Position numbers and translations under genes: made by a program
Shown here: in pieces, positions 57,535-64,000 of the stretch
Position numbering within the stretch: the stretch's first letter is position 1
How the letters are laid out: the number at the start of each line of letters is the position of its first letter
Notes under the pieces: generated by a model
Told to the model about the DNA's origin: nothing
The model's input: the letters and a program-made list of their open reading frames with translations, nothing else
Databases searched by the model: none
Assembly (NCBI GenBank): GCA_021814165.1
Contig: JAKAIX010000001.1
Location: 150,787 to 214,786, forward strand
Reading direction: 5' to 3'
Length of the DNA: 64,000 nucleotides
Source: a bacterium
GTDB taxonomy: Bacteria > Patescibacteriota > Minisyncoccia > UBA6257 > GWB1-50-10

Positions 57535-57630
57535 TTCCTCGTATATCCGTCTTATTGTAACACACGATAGATGCGGATGGCGACCGTAAAAATATTGAAG
57601 CGGTACAGGGTTTATTCCGTACCGCTCCGA

Positions 57631-58038
57631 TTACATCGGGTAGAGTAACATACAAAGCGCGAATCCCTCGGACTTGTCATCGCGGGAATCGACCTTGTAT
57701 TCCCCTGAAAATTTTCCGTGGCTTACCTCGGTGAGGTTATAAATAACCTCATACGGGAATATATTCTCATCTTTAGGATCAAGATATCTTTTCTTAAATA
57801 TCAATTGCCTTCCGGCATTTGACATGAATATCTCGCCATCCTTGATAAGAAAAGTCCCGTGGCCATCTTCGAAGTTGCTAATTGTACTGAAACTGCTGTT
57901 GTTAAAAACAACAGGTGCCATGAAGAAATTCTCCGGATGCCTCGGTCCCGAAAAAATAGCCCTTAAGAACTCATCCTCACTAAAAACATCAAAGAAAGGG
58001 TGAGAACTGAATACTGCTACTAATACCGCTTTCATCAC
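57631..58038 (-). CDS. Hypothetical protein (AT-rich accessory)
   Basis: GAGGT SD; upstream TTGACT-17-TACTAC; hairpin at 57597-57628. Confidence 0.6.
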   Translation of the reverse strand: MMKAVLVAVFSSHPFFDVFSEDEFLRAIFSGPRHPENFFMAPVVFNNSSFSTISNFEDGHGTFLIKDGEIFMSNAGRQLIFKKRYLDPKDENIFPYEVIYNLTEVSHGKFSGEYKVDSRDDKSEGFALCMLLYPM

Positions 58039-58197
58039 TACCTCACGATCTATTTTGATTTTGTAAATTATCTCTTCTCCCTACACCATGTAGTATCGCA
58101 AAAAACGATTCCAGTCAACCAACTCCCCAAACGACGAATCCCCACTCCTCATGGAGCGGGGCATATCGTCAATCGTGTCGGAAGAAATGTGAATTCC

Positions 58198-58908
58198 TTA
58201 TTTCCCCGTTTTCGGGAGAGAAATATCCCGAACGACGGTCGCGGTGATCGTTCCGTTTGCGTTCGTTCCGAACGCGCGAACGGTATCTCCGTTCTGGATG
58301 TCACCCACCGTGATGGAACCCCACTTCTTGTTCAAGAATCTCGCATTCGAGGCGAAATTCACCGTATAGGCGGTTCCGTTCGCTGTCGTGAGCGTAATCG
58401 ACGAGGCGCTTACCGCACTTGCGGTGCCCTGGTACGTCCTTGCTCGCTCGCTTTCCATCTCCTGACGAGCGGACTTCCTGTTCTGGGTATTTTCCGCGTT
58501 TACCGTCTTTCCGTATGTCCAGTCATGCACCGTCTTCGCATTAACGGCCCAGCTTCCGCTCTCGGAAACGGCTCCTAAGACGCCGACAAAATCTCCCTGG
58601 CTGAACTTCGACGCGTCCCCTCCCGGCAAGACCTCGGCGGAAGAAGGAACGTTCACCGTCCACTCGCCGCCCCAGCTCTTCACCGTGAGAGTACCGCTTC
58701 CTACCGAGTCAATCGTACCACGCAGAAGCACTCTTCCTCCCGCGTTTACCTCCAATACCATCGGCTGCGTTTTAGGAGTCGGCGTTGACGCCGGCGCTGT
58801 CGTAGTCGTAGGGGTCGGCACGGTCTGGGCTCCCGCAACGAGCGTTGAAGCAAGAAGCAGCCCCATTGCCGCGATTCCGCCGCCTACAAGCGATCTTTTT
58901 ATACTCAT
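58198..58908 (-). CDS. Secreted DUF5666-like tandem OB-fold protein
   Basis: Signal peptide, Thr/Pro linker, two G.....S..TLTV...GD.V...G repeats. Confidence 0.8.
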   Translation of the reverse strand: MSIKRSLVGGGIAAMGLLLASTLVAGAQTVPTPTTTTAPASTPTPKTQPMVLEVNAGGRVLLRGTIDSVGSGTLTVKSWGGEWTVNVPSSAEVLPGGDASKFSQGDFVGVLGAVSESGSWAVNAKTVHDWTYGKTVNAENTQNRKSARQEMESERARTYQGTASAVSASSITLTTANGTAYTVNFASNARFLNKKWGSITVGDIQNGDTVRAFGTNANGTITATVVRDISLPKTGK

Positions 58909-59018
58909 AAGTTGGATTATTGTTGTGTTTCTCGACCTTTGATAATACTACAAAGAGAAGAACCCCGATATTTCACGGAAAGCGAGCCAGAACGGCACGG
59001 GAAGGATATAATTACCCC

Positions 59019-59261
59019 ATGCGGTATTTTGTGTATATCCTTCAATGCGCGGATGGAACGCTTTATACAGGGTCTACCAACGACCTCAAAAAGCGCGTTC
59101 GGGAGCATAATTCCTCGAAACGGGGGGCCCGTTATACGAAGACCCGGCGGCCGGTCATTCTGAAATACTCCGAAACATTCCAGACACTCAGCAGGGCGAG
59201 ATCGCGCGAACATGAAATAAAAAGCTGGACTAGAGAAAAGAAACTGAATCTAATAGACTAG
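59019..59261 (+). CDS. Small GIY-YIG nuclease (UPF0213-like)
   Basis: YFVYIL.CADGTLYTGST.DL..R..EHN...GARYT..RRP, RE..IK. Confidence 0.92.
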   Translation: MRYFVYILQCADGTLYTGSTNDLKKRVREHNSSKRGARYTKTRRPVILKYSETFQTLSRARSREHEIKSWTREKKLNLID

Positions 59262-59273
59262 GAGAAACGGACA

Positions 59274-59957
59274 ATGGCGCAATCCCAAAAACATATCGTC
59301 ATCTTCTCGCACGGCTTCGGAGTCCGGTGGGGCGATCGCGGCCTTTTTTCGGACATCGCGGCGTCTCTGCCGGACGTCGAACCCGTTCTTTTCGACTACA
59401 ACGAGGTAAACGAAGCGGCGAATACTCTCACGGTTCGCCCTTTTTCGGAACAAGCGGAGCTGTTCAAAAAAACTTTGGAAGACGCGCGACGAAAAGACGC
59501 GAACGCAATCATCGATGTAATCTGCCATTCTCAGGGCGCTTTGCCCGTGGCACTCGCAAAGCCGGAAGGAATCCGCACAACGATCCTGCTCGCCCCTTCG
59601 TTTACGAACGACACGCAACGCATGGTTTTACAATTCGAGAACCGCCCGGGCACCGAGATAAACCTGAAAGGAATATCAAAACTTGCCCGAGCCGACGGAA
59701 GCACGACCATCGTACCCGCCGAGTACTGGGCCGAACGCGCGCGGACGGAGCCGGTTGATTTGTACAATGCCCTTGCCGATCATACCGAGCTTGTTATCAT
59801 TATTGCCAAACAGGACGAGATTTTAGGGCATCACGATGTCGAAGGATTGAATGAAAAGATAACGATCAAGGAGCTGGACGGCGCTCATAGTTTCGCGGGA
59901 GAACCGAGAAAGATTCTTATAAAAGAACTCGAAGCCGTGCTCCGGATCGGCGAATAA
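59274..59957 (+). CDS. Alpha/beta hydrolase
   Basis: HGFG, CHSQG nucleophile elbow, QDE and AHSF. Confidence 0.85.
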   Translation: MAQSQKHIVIFSHGFGVRWGDRGLFSDIAASLPDVEPVLFDYNEVNEAANTLTVRPFSEQAELFKKTLEDARRKDANAIIDVICHSQGALPVALAKPEGIRTTILLAPSFTNDTQRMVLQFENRPGTEINLKGISKLARADGSTTIVPAEYWAERARTEPVDLYNALADHTELVIIIAKQDEILGHHDVEGLNEKITIKELDGAHSFAGEPRKILIKELEAVLRIGE

Positions 59958-59975
59958 TCACACCAAAGAACGAAC

Positions 59976-62597
59976 ATGAAATCACGTAAACCAAAACCGG
60001 TGCGACTTTCCCGACATATCGTTCCTTTGAAATATACATTGAAGCTCACGCCGGACTTGGAAGCATTCACTTTCGAGGGCGAAGAGACTATCCGCCTTCG
60101 AATCAAAAAGGAAACCAGGAATATCACGCTTCACTCGAAAGAACTCGCGCTCGAAGTCGCCGAAATTACGCGAGGAAACGAAAAAGAATTCGCGCTTAGT
60201 ACCACCTACGACGAGAAAGCGGAAACCGCGACTTTTTTGTTCCGAAAAAAGATCCCGAAAGGAACCGCCGATTTGCGGCTCGTATTCCGCGGGGTATTAA
60301 ACGACAAGATGCAGGGATTCTACCGGAGCCGTTATGACGTAGGCGGCGAAACGCGCCACATGGCGACGACGCAGTTCGAGGCGACTGACGCGCGAAGAGC
60401 ATTCCCCTGTTTCGACGAACCCGCGATGAAATCGATTTTCCAGGTAACGCTCGTCGTCCCGAAAGACAAAACGGCGATCTCAAACACGATCCCCTCGGAA
60501 ATTCGGGAGCACGAGGACGGACGAAAAAGCGTCGTCTTCGCGCCGACACCGAAAATGTCCACTTATCTTCTCGCTTTCATCGCGGGCGATTTCGAGCATA
60601 TCCAAAAGAAAACAAAAGAGGGCGTGCTGGTGCGCGTGTTCACAACTCCGGGAAAAATCCGTCAGGCGGAATTTGCGCTCCTCTGCGCCGTAAAAACGCT
60701 TTCGTTCTTCACCGAGTATTTCAAGATTCCGTATCCCCTTCCAGTATTGGATATCATCGCCGCGCCCGACTTCGCGGCAGGTGCCATGGAAAACTGGGGC
60801 GCGATCACATTCCGGGAAACCGCGCTCCTTGTCGATCCGAAACATTCCTCCAACGCGAACAAGCAATGGGTTGCGCTCGTCATCGCGCACGAACTCGCCC
60901 ACCAGTGGTTCGGAAACCTTGTAACCATGGAATGGTGGACACACTTGTGGCTCAACGAAGGCTTCGCTTCTTATATCGAATATTGTGCGGTAGATCACCT
61001 CTTCCCAAAGTGGGATATCTGGACGCAGTTCGTGCATCGCGAGCCCGGCATAGCGCTCGAACTCGACGCACTGGAGAATACCCATCCCATAGAAGTCGAC
61101 GTACATCACCCCGACGAGATCGGGGAAGTATTCGACACGGTGAGCTACTCGAAAGGAGCGAGCATCATCCGCATGCTTGCCGAATATCTCGGAGAAAAAG
61201 ACTTCCGCGACGGGCTGCGATACTATCTCAAGAAGCACAGTTATTCCAATACTTCGACTGCTCACCTTTGGAGCGCTTTTGAGAAGACGTCGGGAAAACC
61301 GGTCGGCGCGATCATGAAATATTGGACGAAGAAGCCCGGCTATCCTCTCGTCACGCTTTCAGACCGCAACGGTTCGTTTGTCCTGAAGCAGGAGCGATTT
61401 TTTTCGAGTTCCCTCTCCCGAGCGCGCTCGCGGGAAAAAACAACCTGGCCCATACCCGTTATCTTGAAAACCGCGAACGGAACAACGCGGCGAATACTTG
61501 CGGAGAAAAAAACCGTCACTCTCCCGGAAAAATTCGGAATGCCCATAAAATTAAACAGCGGCGAATCGGGTTTCTTCGTGACGCAATATCCAAAGAGCTT
61601 CATTCCGATTATAAAAAAATCGCTGCGGGAGAAACGATTTGAAGCCCGCGACCGGCTCGGTCTTATACGAGACATGATGATGCTCGCGGAATCGGGCAAG
61701 TGCAAAACCGAGGAGGCCCTGGACCTTGCCTCATATTATCTGGAAGAGACCGACTACACCGTATGGTCCGAACTGGTTTCCTCGCTCAACAAAATAAAAT
61801 CGCTCGTCGCGGAGGAACGCTTTCGAGAAGGTTATTATTCCTTCGCGCGGGAATTACTCGCTCCGGTCATGAGGGAGGTGGGCTGGAAACCGGCACCGCG
61901 CGAGAATCACACCCGCGCGCTTCTTCGAAGTCTTGTACTTCGGAATGCCGGGATGTACGGGAACAAGGACATGATACGACGCGCGAGAAACGAGTTTAAA
62001 AAAATAACGGGGCGTGCAAACCCGGTTTCTGCGGACTTACGGGATGCGGTGTACTGCACCGTCGCAAGCCACGGCGGCGCAAAAGAACATGCCGCCCTGG
62101 TCGCAATGTACCGCCACGCGACGCTTCACGAGGAAAAGAACAGGATCGGGAGAGCGCTCGGATGCTTTACCAACAGGAATCTTCTCAAGAATACGCTTGC
62201 GTTCTCGGTATCGCGCCACGTGCGGCCCCAAGACACCGTGGGAGTCATTTCAGCGGTGTGGTCAAACCCCGAAGGACGGGATCTTGCGTGGACGTTCGTA
62301 AAAACGCACTGGAAATTTCTCCTCGACCGATACGGGAGCAGCCATGCGCTTGCGCGGCTTATCGCGTTTTCCGGAACATTCACGTCAGCGGCAAAAACGA
62401 AAGAAGTGGAACGATTTTTCAAGGCAAATCCTGCTCCGGGAGCATCGAGAACGATTCATCAGGCGATCGAGAAGATACGCTCGAACGCCGCGTGGCTCTC
62501 ACGCGAAAGAGAAGCGCTTACAAGGCTCTTTATGCGGAAGGATTCTTTTCCCTTACGCACTTCGTATCCAACGCGCACGAACCCGCACCGGTCATGA
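59976..62597 (+). CDS. pepN: M1 family aminopeptidase with ERAP1-like C-terminal domain
   Basis: TQFE..DARRAFPCFDEP, GAMEN, HELAHQWFG...WLNEGFA and YSKG. Confidence 0.93.
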   Translation: MKSRKPKPVRLSRHIVPLKYTLKLTPDLEAFTFEGEETIRLRIKKETRNITLHSKELALEVAEITRGNEKEFALSTTYDEKAETATFLFRKKIPKGTADLRLVFRGVLNDKMQGFYRSRYDVGGETRHMATTQFEATDARRAFPCFDEPAMKSIFQVTLVVPKDKTAISNTIPSEIREHEDGRKSVVFAPTPKMSTYLLAFIAGDFEHIQKKTKEGVLVRVFTTPGKIRQAEFALLCAVKTLSFFTEYFKIPYPLPVLDIIAAPDFAAGAMENWGAITFRETALLVDPKHSSNANKQWVALVIAHELAHQWFGNLVTMEWWTHLWLNEGFASYIEYCAVDHLFPKWDIWTQFVHREPGIALELDALENTHPIEVDVHHPDEIGEVFDTVSYSKGASIIRMLAEYLGEKDFRDGLRYYLKKHSYSNTSTAHLWSAFEKTSGKPVGAIMKYWTKKPGYPLVTLSDRNGSFVLKQERFFSSSLSRARSREKTTWPIPVILKTANGTTRRILAEKKTVTLPEKFGMPIKLNSGESGFFVTQYPKSFIPIIKKSLREKRFEARDRLGLIRDMMMLAESGKCKTEEALDLASYYLEETDYTVWSELVSSLNKIKSLVAEERFREGYYSFARELLAPVMREVGWKPAPRENHTRALLRSLVLRNAGMYGNKDMIRRARNEFKKITGRANPVSADLRDAVYCTVASHGGAKEHAALVAMYRHATLHEEKNRIGRALGCFTNRNLLKNTLAFSVSRHVRPQDTVGVISAVWSNPEGRDLAWTFVKTHWKFLLDRYGSSHALARLIAFSGTFTSAAKTKEVERFFKANPAPGASRTIHQAIEKIRSNAAWLSREREALTRLFMRKDSFPLRTSYPTRTNPHRS

Positions 62598-62970
62598 ATA
62601 GAGTGACGACTGCCGCGAGAAGAATAAGCACGTACTCGTACCCTCCTTTCGAGACATAGAAACCGTTCCCGATATGAACCAGAAATAACGCGACGATCAT
62701 GTCGACGGTAAGGAATAACGACGCCCAGCGCGTGAGAAAACCGGCGATAAGCGCGATACCGCCCAAGAGTTCCACGAGCGTGACGACGTATGCAAAAAAC
62801 AAAGCCAACGGAACGCCGAGCGACGCGAGAAACTGCTCCGTCCCTCCTATGCCGCCCGCGAGTTTCTGGTAACCGTGCACGGCGAAAATGACTCCGGTGA
62901 CCACCCGAAGCACAAAGAGTCCCCACCCTTCGCATGTCTTCCCGCCGCGGGAAAAAATTGGATTATTCAT
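62530..62970 (-). CDS. DoxX family protein
   Basis: LRVVTG..F..HG.QK, ELLGG, VH and GGYEY. Overlaps the pepN 3' end by 68 nt (convergent). Confidence 0.9.
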   Translation of the reverse strand: MNNPIFSRGGKTCEGWGLFVLRVVTGVIFAVHGYQKLAGGIGGTEQFLASLGVPLALFFAYVVTLVELLGGIALIAGFLTRWASLFLTVDMIVALFLVHIGNGFYVSKGGYEYVLILLAAVVTLFMTGAGSCALDTKCVREKNPSA

Positions 62971-63034
62971 GGGAATAATTGTATCAGAGCGAATTGTTCC
63001 TCTCAATATAATGCGATATGATACTAGTAATAAA

Positions 63035-63452
63035 GTTATCCACAATTTTATCGAGGCCCGGCCTCGATAATTGTTAGAGACATGACCACAGACCTTATGA
63101 CCTGCCCATCGTGCCACGCGACAATCCCCCTTCAGGAAGCGAGATTTTGTCCTTATTGCGGGAAGATGTTCAAAATATCGACGTCCATAGGAAAACAAGT
63201 CGTGGTATATTTTGTGAGTTTGTTTATCCCTCCCTTCGGCTTCTGGTACGTTTGGAAATACATTCGGCAAGGAGACCGGAAATCCAAGGTTATTGGAATT
63301 GTTGCCGCGATCCTTACCGTAATCTCGATAGTCATCAGCATCTGGCTCTGGGACAAATCCGTTGCTGCCCTGAACCAGGCGATGAATGCGTCGCTCGGTG
63401 GCTTTGGACTCTACTAGTTATCCACACTTCTATCGAAGCCCGGCCTCGATAA
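63035..63452 (+). repeat. Direct repeats (63035-63070, 63417-63452) of DnaA-box + palindrome flanking one gene
   Basis: GTTATCCACA-N4-TATCGA(G/A)GCCCGGCCTCGATAA occurs twice. Confidence 0.85.
63082..63417 (+). CDS. Zinc-ribbon domain membrane protein
   Basis: CPSC...FCPYCG followed by two TM segments. Confidence 0.82.
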   Translation: MTTDLMTCPSCHATIPLQEARFCPYCGKMFKISTSIGKQVVVYFVSLFIPPFGFWYVWKYIRQGDRKSKVIGIVAAILTVISIVISIWLWDKSVAALNQAMNASLGGFGLY

Positions 63453-64000
63453 TCACACTCGTATCTCTTTTTCGAGCCACGGGATATGTTCGTGCGTCCT
63501 CTTCCACCACAAATCCTCCCAGAGATAATGCACCGCGAGTTGCTTGTAACTCCCGAACCGTTCGAAATATTTTAGAAGTTTTTTGACGGATACCGGACGC
63601 TCCGTGCTCCGATTAAAGAACAGCTTCGAATAAATCTTCTGTTCCCATGGCGAGACGTGGTTGAAAAAATCCCAATGATGAAAGACGTCAAAAAGAAGAT
63701 ACCATACGGTTGCCGGCCCCACGCCGTACAGTTCGAGAAGTTTTTCCATCTGGGTTTCCCTGGACTTTTTCCGTAGCTCTTCTTCATCCATCAATCCTTT
63801 CCCGAAATACTCATCCGTTTTTTTTATCGACTTCGCGCGGTATCCCATCTTCAATTTACGGAGCCGCTCCTCCGATACCCTTGAGAGCGCTCCCGGTTTC
63901 CAAAAACACCATAATTCTTTTTCGTCGAATCTAAGAAGCGCCCCATAATGTTCAAGAAGCGTTTTGAACATCTGCATCGATCGCCGTACCGTGGCGTTTT
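63453..64000 (-). CDS. HhH-GPD DNA glycosylase-like protein, C-terminal part (start probably outside window)
   Basis: LKMGYRAKSI and LLELYGVGPATV HhH motif. Confidence 0.75.
   Translation of the reverse strand, partial: NATVRRSMQMFKTLLEHYGALLRFDEKELWCFWKPGALSRVSEERLRKLKMGYRAKSIKKTDEYFGKGLMDEEELRKKSRETQMEKLLELYGVGPATVWYLLFDVFHHWDFFNHVSPWEQKIYSKLFFNRSTERPVSVKKLLKYFERFGSYKQLAVHYLWEDLWWKRTHEHIPWLEKEIRV

Noticed and set aside
9052-63426. DnaA boxes as oriC
   Set aside because: Only isolated single boxes tied to a palindrome; no box cluster, unwinding element or dnaA/dnaN.
1-64000. Alternative genetic code (TGA=Gly, code 25)
   Set aside because: Conserved genes such as def, murC and scpA end at TGA at expected lengths, with no internal TGA interruptions.

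Overview
This 64 kb window looks like chromosome from a Patescibacteria (CPR), most likely Parcubacteria. That is inferred from the gene complement: the CPR-type Cys-rich protein, DUF4012 with GT4 genes, a CxxC-x17-CxxC protein, a stand-alone ATP cone and shortened uvrA/uvrC/dnaX. The genetic code is standard (TGA is stop). Core genes are murC, rpmA, rplI, ctpA, thpR, def, fmt, uvrABC, raiA/hpf, lepA, scpAB, ychF, mpg, dnaX and an M1 aminopeptidase, plus three tRNAs (Gln-CTG, Gly-CCC, Gln-TTG). AT-rich accessory genes with their own promoter, Shine-Dalgarno and terminator are interspersed. I see no CRISPR array, integrase or transposase. The most unusual signal is non-coding. (1) Long palindromic elements sit at stop codons, with conserved cores but outer stems that differ between copies while staying self-complementary. 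(2) A highly structured ~270 nt ncRNA candidate has its own promoter (~3875-4155, minus). (3) Heptamer-repeat and REP-like palindromes are translated in frame inside core proteins. (4) A DnaA-box + palindrome unit brackets a single gene, and a separate 21-bp repeat punctuates a gene array next to tRNA-Gln. (5) There are integration scars at tRNA-Gly and in a gene 3' end. (6) A -10 box lies 6 nt before many start codons, implying leaderless mRNAs. The most novel-looking protein is a sigma-70 region 2/3 fused to four DUF4046-like repeats. All family assignments come from motif recognition by eye; no searches were run.
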